Part shown: positions 37,210 to 47,198 of the stretch, one piece after another
How positions within the stretch are numbered: the stretch's first letter is position 1
How the letters are laid out: each line of letters opens with the position of its first letter
Virus record (IMG/VR): IMGVR_UViG_3300009164_000056
Location: 1 to 64,000 of that record
Strand: one strand, 5' to 3'
DNA length: 64,000 bases
Origin: a virus
The notes under the pieces: generated by a model
Databases searched by the model: none
Told to the model about the DNA's origin: nothing
What the model saw: only the letters and a program-made list of their open reading frames with translations
Position numbers and translations under genes: made by a program

Positions 37210-37776
37210 ATGATAAACAATTTTAAAAAACCAGATTTAAAAGCACCAAGATATAGAGAGAAAAGATTAGGTATATTAAATGAAGAAACAATAAAAGAGT
37301 TTAAAGAAAAAAAACCTTTATATTCTAATATTGATAATGATAAATTAAAAAAAATAATAAAACTATATAATGTAAATTTATGGGAAGCAGTAATTAAAAA
37401 TAGAGATGGTGTAGAGTTACCTGATTCATTAGGATATTTGTTTATAGGCACATGTCCTTCTTCTAAAACGGTAAATACTAATTATGCACTATCTAAAGAA
37501 TATGGTAAAGTATTACAAAACAAGAATTGGGAAACTGATGGTAACTTGGGTAAAATATTTTATACTAACTGGTCAACCAAATATAGATTTAAAAATAGAG
37601 AGTTATGGAGATTTGTAGCTTGCAGAGAATTTAAAAGAGCGGTAGCTAAAACCTACCCAGAAAGCTGGACTAAATACGTTGTGATGAAAAACAAATATAG
37701 AGTTGCTCATTTATATGATGTAAATACAGAAGAAACCAAAAAGGAATTAGAGTTATATAATGAATTTGAAACATAA
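37210..37776 (+). CDS. divergent IHF/HU-like protein of the crAss-like tail block
   Basis: VIKNRDGVELPDSLGYLFI and WRFVACREFKR; position before the ring and muzzle genes. Confidence 0.6.
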   Translation: MINNFKKPDLKAPRYREKRLGILNEETIKEFKEKKPLYSNIDNDKLKKIIKLYNVNLWEAVIKNRDGVELPDSLGYLFIGTCPSSKTVNTNYALSKEYGKVLQNKNWETDGNLGKIFYTNWSTKYRFKNRELWRFVACREFKRAVAKTYPESWTKYVVMKNKYRVAHLYDVNTEETKKELELYNEFET

Positions 37777-37781
37777 ACAAA

Positions 37782-38459
37782 ATGTCACAGATAATAATAG
37801 GAGAAGCAATATCAAGAATAAGAGGACAGGTTAAAGCTGAAGTCCAAGATTCTTTTGTAACAGACAGATACATTTACAGTTTAATAGAAAAGTTTTCTCA
37901 AGTTTTAATGAGGAGACAAGACTCATTAAACAAATTAATAAAATTCAACTCTGTGTGGAAAGCACTTCCATATGTTGAAATGATTGATGTAGATAAAGTA
38001 GAAGCAGGCTGTTCTGGAATAACTAGCGGATGTACAATCAAACGTACAAAACTTAAATTGCCTTCTATGATTGAAGGTTATTGGGGTCCGCTTATACGTA
38101 CTATAACTTCAATAGATGGTTCACAAGAACTTCAAGCAACATATCCTGGTACATATGTATCTATGACCAAAACAACATCTTTTAAATACAACAGAACAAA
38201 ATATTTTTGGTGGTTAGATGGATATGTTTATTCACCTAATATTGAATGGGATGCTATTAAAGTTGAAGGTGTATTTAATGATGACATTACAAAATGGAAT
38301 TGTGATGAAAAAGATGATTGTACTCCTAGATATAAACAACCAATGTATATACCTGAAGCAATGTTTGCAGAAATTGAATCTCAAATCATAAACATTATGA
38401 TGAATACAATGAAGGTACCAAGTGAAGATTCTGATAATAAACAAAACATAAATAGATAA
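37782..38459 (+). CDS. tail ring protein, crAss-like
   Basis: Synteny; IKRTKLKLP, KYFWWLDGYVY and IKVEGVF motifs. Confidence 0.6.
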   Translation: MSQIIIGEAISRIRGQVKAEVQDSFVTDRYIYSLIEKFSQVLMRRQDSLNKLIKFNSVWKALPYVEMIDVDKVEAGCSGITSGCTIKRTKLKLPSMIEGYWGPLIRTITSIDGSQELQATYPGTYVSMTKTTSFKYNRTKYFWWLDGYVYSPNIEWDAIKVEGVFNDDITKWNCDEKDDCTPRYKQPMYIPEAMFAEIESQIINIMMNTMKVPSEDSDNKQNINR

Positions 38460-39400
38460 TGAGCGTATCACATAAATATAGAACATTCAGTCAGTTATAT
38501 GAAGATGTTGCGGTTGACTTTACAACTTATTCATTGGAAGGAATGATTGAACCACAGCAATTAATTAAAGTTGCTACTAGAATTAATTATGAACTTGGTC
38601 TAAAAATACATAGAACTAAAGAAACCATAATTGATGTAGAACATGGTAGAGCGCAATTACCTAGAGATTTTGCATATATTAACTATGCATTTCTTTGTGG
38701 TGAATATCATATTAATGAAACTATGCCATCAGGTACTCACGTTGAAACTTTTAATGATGTGCCTTATGTACCGGCACCTGGAGAAGTTGCTGCTTGTAGT
38801 ACAGGAACAGGATGTGCTGATGTATGTGTAGTTAAAACATGTGAAGATAAAAACAGTTATCAGTTAGTTCAAAGAATTTCTCCAAATCAATATAGAACTT
38901 ATAGTACTTGGACTGAATTGAAAATTCAAGATATAAATCAGAAAAGTTGTTTTTGTCCTGATTTAGCAGCACAAGCCCCAGACATTGCACAAATAGTTGA
39001 TGGATTTTTAATTACTAATTTTACTAGTGGTAGAGTTTATATAAGTTATCAAGGAGCTATGGAATCACCTGATGGAGATTTATTGGTTCTTGATCAACCT
39101 CTTTGTAATGAGTATTATGAATATGCATTAAAACAAAGAATATTAGAAAACATGATTTGGCAAGGTGAGCAAATGGCTCCTCAATTACAATTGGTTGAAT
39201 CACGTTTAAGACCTGCAAGAAACAATGCTTTGTCATTTGTAAATACACCGGATTTTGCTGAAATGCAAAAAGTCTTTGTAATGAATAGAAGAGCTCAATA
39301 TCATAATTATTATAATATGTTTATGAGTTATGCTCCTTATAATCCAAGACTTCATAAAGGAATTAATACATCCAGTAGTATTAACAATCCTACACACTAA
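38459..39400 (+). CDS. tail tubular/ring protein (Ttub-like)
   Basis: GRAQLPRDF and FLITNFTSGRVYISYQG motifs, directly before the muzzle-like gene. Confidence 0.65.
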   Translation: MSVSHKYRTFSQLYEDVAVDFTTYSLEGMIEPQQLIKVATRINYELGLKIHRTKETIIDVEHGRAQLPRDFAYINYAFLCGEYHINETMPSGTHVETFNDVPYVPAPGEVAACSTGTGCADVCVVKTCEDKNSYQLVQRISPNQYRTYSTWTELKIQDINQKSCFCPDLAAQAPDIAQIVDGFLITNFTSGRVYISYQGAMESPDGDLLVLDQPLCNEYYEYALKQRILENMIWQGEQMAPQLQLVESRLRPARNNALSFVNTPDFAEMQKVFVMNRRAQYHNYYNMFMSYAPYNPRLHKGINTSSSINNPTH

Positions 39401-39417
39401 TAAAGAATTAAATTATT

Positions 39418-42400
39418 ATGGCACAGCAAAATGAAAATCCAGGGACATCTTCTGTAAATACTAATTCATTTATTAAAGGAATGAATAAAGATATTACGCA
39501 GGCAATGGAACCAAAAGAAAGTTGGTGGCATGCGCGTAATGCAATGAATAATTCTACTGATGGAGATCTTGGTGTAATAGGTAATGAACCATCAAACTTA
39601 CAATGTGGTGTTATTCCATATACAATTATTGGTGCTATACATAGATATGGTGATCAATGGGTTGTATATTCTACTGATGATACCAATTCAGAAATTGGAA
39701 CATTTGATGATAGTTTATGTGAATATAAAGTTATTGTAAATGATCCTTGTTTAAACTTTAATAGAAAGTATTTAATAGTTGGTGCAGCTAAAGAAAATTT
39801 TGATTGTACTTGGCAAGTATATTGGGATGATGGAAACAATCCTTCACGTTCATTAAACATTAATAAGGTTCCTTGGATTCAAACTATATCTTCTGCACCC
39901 GGTGATTCATGTATTACATATGATGATACAACACAATTGAATTGTGAAAAAATAAGATTAGCTCCTTTGGTTGATACACCTTGTGTTAGTTTAAGTAAAT
40001 CAATAGATGGTGGTATGTTACAGAATGGAGCATATCAAGCATTTGTTGCTTATACAGAGAATGAACAAAAAGTAACTGATTACATTGGTATTTCTAATGT
40101 TCAAACATTATGGTCACATTCTGGTACAGGTGGTTCATTAAACATTAAGGTAAACAATCTAGATAAAGATTATGATTACTATGAGTTAGTATTACTTATA
40201 AGAAATCAAGGTCAGATATATGCTAAACGTATAGGTCTTTATAGTACACAACAACAAGATATTAATATTGATTATATTGATGATACGTTAGTTGCTGTAA
40301 GTTTAAAAACAATACCACAGAGAAGTCCTGCTTATGAAAAATCAAATGCAATGTATGTTGTAAATGATTGGTTAATAAGACAAGGACCTGTAAGTCAGTT
40401 TGATTTTAACTATCAGCCAATAGCAAATGACATCAAGGTCAATTGGGTAGCAAATCAAATAGATTCTAGTTACTATCATTTAGGTGGTAATAAGTTGGGA
40501 TTCTTAAGAGATGAGCAATATGCATTCTTTATTAGATGGATTTATAATACAGGAGAAAGATCTTCTTCATATCATATTCCAGGAAGAGCACCAAGGCCAT
40601 ATACAACCCCTTCAGGGACATATCTAGAAACAGATATTATATACGGTAATAATGTTTTAGATGTTGCTGGAGATCCTTTATATAAGGTTTATAATACAGG
40701 AACAATTACAGCATCTGGTTTAACAGAAGTTCAGCCTGATGGATCACAGATTATTGCTAGAGGTGAAATGGGTTATTGGGAATCTACTGAAAGATATCCT
40801 GCTAATAGACCAGATATTTGGGGTAACCTTTGTGGTAAACCTATTAGACACCATAAGTTTCCTACTGAAGAAGTGGGAAGTGCTGGTTCACCATTACATA
40901 TAAGCACAACTGCCGGAGATTTAATTAATGTTTTGGGTGTAGAGTTTACAAATATAGGCAGACCAAAATATAATAATGGAACTTATATACCAAATGTAGT
41001 TGGTTATGAAATACTAAGAGGATCTAGAGCGGGTGCTAAATCTATTTTAGCAAAAGGGTTATTTAGAAATATGCGCAAGTATACAATACCTAATGCAGAA
41101 AACTTAATAGGTGGATCTGTCCAAGGTTTATATCCTAACTATCCATATAATGATTTAAGACCTGATGTTTTTTTCCATGATGGAAATGCAAACTCTATTC
41201 ATAGAACAGAAGGTTGTAATAACTATAGTCGATCAATAGGTAATTTTAACCCATTGGGATCTGCACCAGCTGTAGCTGGAGATCCTTCAGGGTATTCTAA
41301 AAAGGTGTTTACATTTTCTTCACCTGATTTGATGTTTACCAAACCTTTTCTTAATGCATATGAAACTAGATTATATGGATATGTAACTGGTAACTCAAGT
41401 GGTTATTTTAAAGCTTCTGAGGATCATCCTCAATTTAAACTATTAAGAAATGGTGCCGCAATTATAGCTGCTGTTATTGGTGTAGGATATGCTATGCATA
41501 AAATGTTAGGTACTAGAAGTAAAACTATAGAAGGTGCTAAAGGTAGTTATCAAGCAAATGATTTTTATTTAGGTTTTGGTACTGGTGGTACAACAGGTGG
41601 TGGTGCAAATCTTGCAGTAAATGCAGCTGGAGCTTTAACCGCTGCTGGAGGTTCAACACTTGGACAAATAGCTCTAAATACATTACTTAATGATGCACTT
41701 GGTTTATTAGATCTTTATGCTGGTGGAGTTGCTACATATACATTGGATATGGTTAATGCCGGAATTGTTACTGCTGCTGGTGCAGCACCTGGTACAATTG
41801 GTGGTTCACTGAATAATACACAAATAAATGATTCATCTGAATCTTCATTACCATATATTGTGAGACTATTTGTAGCTCAAGCTATGTCTAGAACTAATAT
41901 AGCAATTGGTGGAAATGAAATATTAGAATTAATTTATAACTTAATTAATAAGTCTGATTTTGTATTCAAATATAATTCTTATGGATTTTTTAATTCATTT
42001 ACTAAAATTAATACAGGATTATTTAGAATTAAAAATACAGATTCAAATTATTTAGGTCAATCATTTCAATCATTTGATAATGGTAATTATAAAATTAATA
42101 ATTTATTTAGACCATCTACCGTAGCTGTTTCATTAAGTAACCCCGTATCAGAACCAAGTGTAATTGATACATCAAGGTTTACAATTGGAGGTTCTGTTAG
42201 TACTTCTGGTAGTGTTAATGTTACAGATGGAAATATAACTAATCCATCAGTAAAACATAAAACACCTATATCAGCTTATTATGGTGCTCTAAAATTTAAT
42301 TTTGATAATCAATATGGTCAACTAGATGGTATTAAGCAAGTTCAAATGAGAGGTTGTGTAGAATATTTAGATCCTACTAAACCTGATGCTTTTAAATATT

Positions 42401-45400
42401 CTAGTTCAGCTATATTTGGTGGTGATATATTTATTACTAGATATACTGAAAAAGTTATAATGCCAATATTTGCTCAATACTTATTAGGTCAACCTGATGA
42501 ATTTACATATGATTATTCTCAACATGTTAATATACCATATCCAAGATTTTGGTTAAATTCTCAAAAATTTGACATGAGTGCTTTGGCTGGTGAGATTGCT
42601 TCTTTAGGTCTTATAAGTTCTAGTAATTTAGATACTATTTTTCCTAGTGATTTATTTTATTTAGATAGAGGTTCAAATAGTTGTGCTAGTGGTTTGGATG
42701 CAATTTTTGGTAATAGTGGTGATCCTAATCCTAGATTTGCTATGAGATATGCTTATATGTATACTCACGTTAATGGTATATTAGATTTCTTTGTAGAGTC
42801 TGAAGTTAACTTAGCTAATAGAGATTGGGAAGATAGAGCTGACGCAAGAATATATGATGTATATGGTTATAATGATGTAGATGAATTATTTCATGCTCAG
42901 ATTGAAAAGAAAGATAACTTCTATAAGTATGATGAATCATTAAGCCCATCTAAATTTGTAACCCAGTTGGGTAGTTTTGGTGAGATTCAACCAAGATACT
43001 ATGATCCATACACTGCAGAAACTTGTTATGTTAGTTATCCAAAAAGATTAATCTATTCATTACAAGCACAGAAAGAATCTAAAAAAGATTTTTGGAGAGT
43101 ATTCTTACCATTTAATTATCAAGACTTTAAAAATAAAGTAAGTGTAATTAAACCTATTAATAAAAATGGTGCTATTATATTCTTTCCTTTCTTATCTCCT
43201 CAAATGTTTCAGGGAGTAGATACTTTAAGAACGCAGTTAGATACTAAACTTACTATTGGTGATGGAGGATTATTTAGTCAACCATTTCAAAATATTGTTA
43301 ATTCAGATTTATCAAATGAGTATGGATCATGTGAGAGTTTAAGAAGTGTTATGAATACACCCGTAGGTTTGTTTTTTATATCTCAAGCCCAAGGTAAGAT
43401 ATTTCATTTTACTGGTCAAACATTGGATCCAATATCTAATGCGGGAATGAAATGGTGGTTTAATAAATATTTACCATCTCAATTAGTTAAACAATATCCA
43501 CAATTAGAAGCATCTCCATTATCAGATAATCCTGTAGTTGGTGTAGGTTGTCAAACAATTTATGATCCTAATGATGATATAGTTTACTTTATGAAGAAAG
43601 ACTATAGAGTTAAGGCTGAATATATTGCCAATGTTACATATACTGAAAATAGAGGATTTGCTTTATCAGGAAGTCCTATTACATTAGGTGACCCAATATT
43701 TTTTGATGATTGTTCTTGGACTGTAAGTTATGATCCTAAAGCTAAAGCTTGGATATCATTCCATGATTGGCATCCTGAATTTGCATTGCCTAGTATTAAC
43801 CATTTCTTTACTACTAAGACAATGGCTACTACTATACCACAATGTCCTCCGGGTTATAATTATAACTCTACTAATGGATTATGTGAAAGATCTATTAATA
43901 TTAATGAACCAGCTATTATTACAGTAGATCAAATAAATTCTGTTGTTAATGGTGGTCCTACAAATTGTTTAGTAGATATTGTTATTGCAATGGATGTATC
44001 TGGTTCTACAAATTCTAATGGAGCAAGACAAGCTCAACCAGCATGGTTAACTGCATTTTTAAATGATCCAAATATAACTGGACCAATGGCCGCTGGTACA
44101 ATGCAAATAGGATTTACTGCTTGGGATGGTGCTAATAGAAATTACAATATACCAAATCCAGCAGGTGGTACATGGTCAATGAGTAATACAGTTACTGAAC
44201 CACAAGTAACAGCATGGTATAATGCTAACTGGGCAGGTGGTTCTACAAATGTTTCATTGGGTATGTCTAGTGCTTTGACAATGTTAAATAATAAAACAGC
44301 TAGTCAACTAGGTAATAGAAGTGCACAACCATTTTTTAGACAAATAATTATATTGGTTACTGATACAACAAGTAATCCCGGTAATATTGGTTGTCCATAT
44401 CAAGGTACTGGTGTTTCTCCAAGTGCAACTGGTCCTGCAAATCAAAGAGTATATGCATTGTTCTGTGGGCAAAGTAGTGCCTCACCTAGTAATCCTGCTG
44501 TATTAGGTAATATATCTTGTACGCCAGGACCTGTAAATGTTGATGGTTATCAATTTGGAATTAATGCATCTGTACCTGCAACGTTTACTGCAGTAGCAAG
44601 TGCTATTGCAGGTTCTGTTTGTTCAATTCCATTTACTTGTGATTGTGCTCCCGGTTATACAAAAGTATTTTATAATACAGCAACAAGTGTTTATACTTCA
44701 CCAACGGGTGTGTGTGATGACATTACACCACCTGTATGTAGAAAAGTTACTTGTGCGTGTCCGGTATCTCCTGTAGGTACAACAACTACAACAACAGGAA
44801 ATTGTGATGATGTTTATTTAGTGGGTAATCCTACATATGTAAATCCAAATCCTCAGATTTGTAATTTCTTTAAATATGAATCTACACCTGCTAATTACAA
44901 AGTTGGTTCATTCTGGAGACACAATGTTAGATGTGATAGTTTTGCTAATTTCTATGGTACTGATTATCCATGGGAAGTAGAATTGGTTTCTAATACTGGA
45001 CAAATGGTTAACACTGTTAGAAGTATGGAGTATCAATTAGAATCTTATGTATATAAAGGTGATATGGGATTTGCTTGTAATGATGATAGATGGGAAGATT
45101 TGAATTTCAATTTTGATCAATCAGTTATTTATAACAATGAACAAGTATCAGGGTTATTACAATTAACTCCAACACCATATAACAATCCTGTTTTAGAATT
45201 GAGTTACCCTATTATTAACTTGAATAGTATGAATATACTATGTTCTAAAGTAGAACAGAAATATAGATTCAATCAGTTCTATGATATTACTAATGATAGA
45301 GGTGAATTTACAAACGTTGAACAAGCAATATGGGATACACAACCTAATGGATATATTAAAGTTTTAAATACTATAAACTTAAATTATAATAAACCTCCAT

Positions 45401-45519
45401 TACAGCATAAGAAGTTTAGACATTATTATAACAATGTTATTTTAAGAAGGGTTAAATCAGAAAATAGAAAGATGTTATTAAGATTAAATAATACTAAATT
45501 ACTTTTATCAATGAGATAA
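39418..45519 (+). CDS. tail stabilisation/muzzle protein (Tstab-like) with an inserted vWA domain
   Basis: FIKGMNKD, VYWDDGNNPSRSLN, RDEQYAF, IRHHKFP, IFGGDIFITRY and WTVSYDP..KAWISFHDWHP motifs; VDIVIAMDVSGS insert. Confidence 0.8.
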   Translation: MAQQNENPGTSSVNTNSFIKGMNKDITQAMEPKESWWHARNAMNNSTDGDLGVIGNEPSNLQCGVIPYTIIGAIHRYGDQWVVYSTDDTNSEIGTFDDSLCEYKVIVNDPCLNFNRKYLIVGAAKENFDCTWQVYWDDGNNPSRSLNINKVPWIQTISSAPGDSCITYDDTTQLNCEKIRLAPLVDTPCVSLSKSIDGGMLQNGAYQAFVAYTENEQKVTDYIGISNVQTLWSHSGTGGSLNIKVNNLDKDYDYYELVLLIRNQGQIYAKRIGLYSTQQQDINIDYIDDTLVAVSLKTIPQRSPAYEKSNAMYVVNDWLIRQGPVSQFDFNYQPIANDIKVNWVANQIDSSYYHLGGNKLGFLRDEQYAFFIRWIYNTGERSSSYHIPGRAPRPYTTPSGTYLETDIIYGNNVLDVAGDPLYKVYNTGTITASGLTEVQPDGSQIIARGEMGYWESTERYPANRPDIWGNLCGKPIRHHKFPTEEVGSAGSPLHISTTAGDLINVLGVEFTNIGRPKYNNGTYIPNVVGYEILRGSRAGAKSILAKGLFRNMRKYTIPNAENLIGGSVQGLYPNYPYNDLRPDVFFHDGNANSIHRTEGCNNYSRSIGNFNPLGSAPAVAGDPSGYSKKVFTFSSPDLMFTKPFLNAYETRLYGYVTGNSSGYFKASEDHPQFKLLRNGAAIIAAVIGVGYAMHKMLGTRSKTIEGAKGSYQANDFYLGFGTGGTTGGGANLAVNAAGALTAAGGSTLGQIALNTLLNDALGLLDLYAGGVATYTLDMVNAGIVTAAGAAPGTIGGSLNNTQINDSSESSLPYIVRLFVAQAMSRTNIAIGGNEILELIYNLINKSDFVFKYNSYGFFNSFTKINTGLFRIKNTDSNYLGQSFQSFDNGNYKINNLFRPSTVAVSLSNPVSEPSVIDTSRFTIGGSVSTSGSVNVTDGNITNPSVKHKTPISAYYGALKFNFDNQYGQLDGIKQVQMRGCVEYLDPTKPDAFKYSSSAIFGGDIFITRYTEKVIMPIFAQYLLGQPDEFTYDYSQHVNIPYPRFWLNSQKFDMSALAGEIASLGLISSSNLDTIFPSDLFYLDRGSNSCASGLDAIFGNSGDPNPRFAMRYAYMYTHVNGILDFFVESEVNLANRDWEDRADARIYDVYGYNDVDELFHAQIEKKDNFYKYDESLSPSKFVTQLGSFGEIQPRYYDPYTAETCYVSYPKRLIYSLQAQKESKKDFWRVFLPFNYQDFKNKVSVIKPINKNGAIIFFPFLSPQMFQGVDTLRTQLDTKLTIGDGGLFSQPFQNIVNSDLSNEYGSCESLRSVMNTPVGLFFISQAQGKIFHFTGQTLDPISNAGMKWWFNKYLPSQLVKQYPQLEASPLSDNPVVGVGCQTIYDPNDDIVYFMKKDYRVKAEYIANVTYTENRGFALSGSPITLGDPIFFDDCSWTVSYDPKAKAWISFHDWHPEFALPSINHFFTTKTMATTIPQCPPGYNYNSTNGLCERSININEPAIITVDQINSVVNGGPTNCLVDIVIAMDVSGSTNSNGARQAQPAWLTAFLNDPNITGPMAAGTMQIGFTAWDGANRNYNIPNPAGGTWSMSNTVTEPQVTAWYNANWAGGSTNVSLGMSSALTMLNNKTASQLGNRSAQPFFRQIIILVTDTTSNPGNIGCPYQGTGVSPSATGPANQRVYALFCGQSSASPSNPAVLGNISCTPGPVNVDGYQFGINASVPATFTAVASAIAGSVCSIPFTCDCAPGYTKVFYNTATSVYTSPTGVCDDITPPVCRKVTCACPVSPVGTTTTTTGNCDDVYLVGNPTYVNPNPQICNFFKYESTPANYKVGSFWRHNVRCDSFANFYGTDYPWEVELVSNTGQMVNTVRSMEYQLESYVYKGDMGFACNDDRWEDLNFNFDQSVIYNNEQVSGLLQLTPTPYNNPVLELSYPIINLNSMNILCSKVEQKYRFNQFYDITNDRGEFTNVEQAIWDTQPNGYIKVLNTINLNYNKPPLQHKKFRHYYNNVILRRVKSENRKMLLRLNNTKLLLSMR

Positions 45520-47138
45520 TGGAGAAAAAGATACAACATAAAGAACTTAGAGGATTACCTGGAGGCCCAAATGAAATGCCTGTTGATGTTACAAGGGTAT
45601 TTTCTACTGAAGGATATAGAATAGATAGTCCTGATGTAGATAATGATAAAAACATTATACCATCTGGATCTATTACTATGAAAGAAAAAGATGGAAGTCC
45701 TTTAAGAAAGGGTCCAATTCATGGTGTTGATAATTTAGGTAATGAACAAGTTATGTATCCTGGTTATGACTATGAGTTTCCTGGCACTGAAGTAACAGAA
45801 ACATTAATAGCCAAGATGGGTGGTGGCCTATTAGATAAAACTATCAAGTGTAGTAATTGTGGTTGGGAATGGAAAGCTGCTGATGGTGGATCTGATATTT
45901 ATGATTGTCATAAGTGTCCTGGTAAAGGTGTAGTAAAAGCACAAGCAGGAAAAGAAGTGAAAGAAAATACTTCTTGGACAGCATATCTTAATCCAGCAAA
46001 CTGGGGTACATCTAGGTATGATGATGCTGGTACATTTAAAGAAGCTTTTAGAGCAGCACGTAATGAAGGTGATTCTGATTTCTTATGGAAAGGTGATAGA
46101 TATTCTACTGAATTAAAAGCTGAATCAAAAGAACCGGCTAAAGCAAAAGGAATAACACCGGAACTTTTAATAAGACAAGCATATAGAGAATCTGCATTTA
46201 ATCCTAATACTGTTTCACCTAAAGGTTATAAGGGTTTAGGTCAAATTGGAGATGGTGTAATTAAAGATTATAAAAAGGCAAATAATATTACAGGTAATAT
46301 TGATCCTTTTAATATGAAACAAAACTCCGATGTCCAAAAATATTCAATGAATGAATTATATAATTCAAGTTTTATTAATAAACCAGGTCAATCAGAAAAT
46401 GTAAGATTAGCTAAAACATTAGCTTCTTATAACTGGGGCCGTGGTAATGTTATGAACTTACTAAATGATTTAAAAGAAGAAGGTGTTGACATTTATAATA
46501 GTTTAGATTGGGTTAGTAAATTACCTGAAGAACCAAGAAATTATATTAATGATATACTATTACAAAAAAACACTACCTTTAACACTGATTTTTCTAAAGC
46601 ACTGGGTAACCAAAAGAATAAACCTATAAAAAGTTTATATGGTTTTAAAGATGGTGGTGAATCAAAACCAGGACCATTAATGCAAGCATACAATAGACTA
46701 CTAGCAGAAAAGAAAATGGGTGGTGCTATAGATTACAAACAAGGTGGTGGTGAAAAGAAATATTCAGAACAAGATGGTAGATTAGTTGTAACTACAAAAA
46801 AAGTTGATACAGCAGATGGACCAAGATTTTATCAAGCCAAATCACCTGATTATAATTTTTCAATAGAATTGACAGATGCTAAAAAAGTTGGTGATTCAAT
46901 ACCAAGAGCTAATTTAAATCCGCGTATAATTGAAGTTTTAAATAAAAAAGAATTTGGTGGTCAATTAAATTCTGGTAATATTACTATGTATAAAGATTAT
47001 ATAAAAGGTAATGTTGGGAATGAAATAGAAGCAGTAAAAAACTATGATAAACTAAATAGAATTTATTATAGTAAAGCAAAAGAGTTAGGAATGACTGTTG
47101 CAAATTACATAATGACGCATGTTGTAGGCAATTCTTAA
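45519..47138 (+). CDS. modular virion/cargo protein with Zn-ribbon and lytic transglycosylase (SLT) domain
   Basis: CSNC...CHKC; SLT motifs RESAFNP, GLGQI, ASYNWGRGNV and EPRNY. Confidence 0.82.
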   Translation: MEKKIQHKELRGLPGGPNEMPVDVTRVFSTEGYRIDSPDVDNDKNIIPSGSITMKEKDGSPLRKGPIHGVDNLGNEQVMYPGYDYEFPGTEVTETLIAKMGGGLLDKTIKCSNCGWEWKAADGGSDIYDCHKCPGKGVVKAQAGKEVKENTSWTAYLNPANWGTSRYDDAGTFKEAFRAARNEGDSDFLWKGDRYSTELKAESKEPAKAKGITPELLIRQAYRESAFNPNTVSPKGYKGLGQIGDGVIKDYKKANNITGNIDPFNMKQNSDVQKYSMNELYNSSFINKPGQSENVRLAKTLASYNWGRGNVMNLLNDLKEEGVDIYNSLDWVSKLPEEPRNYINDILLQKNTTFNTDFSKALGNQKNKPIKSLYGFKDGGESKPGPLMQAYNRLLAEKKMGGAIDYKQGGGEKKYSEQDGRLVVTTKKVDTADGPRFYQAKSPDYNFSIELTDAKKVGDSIPRANLNPRIIEVLNKKEFGGQLNSGNITMYKDYIKGNVGNEIEAVKNYDKLNRIYYSKAKELGMTVANYIMTHVVGNS

Positions 47139-47198
47139 ACCTTAAAAATTAGTAAATCTATAGATTTATTTGTATATTAATAATATAATGTAAGCACC

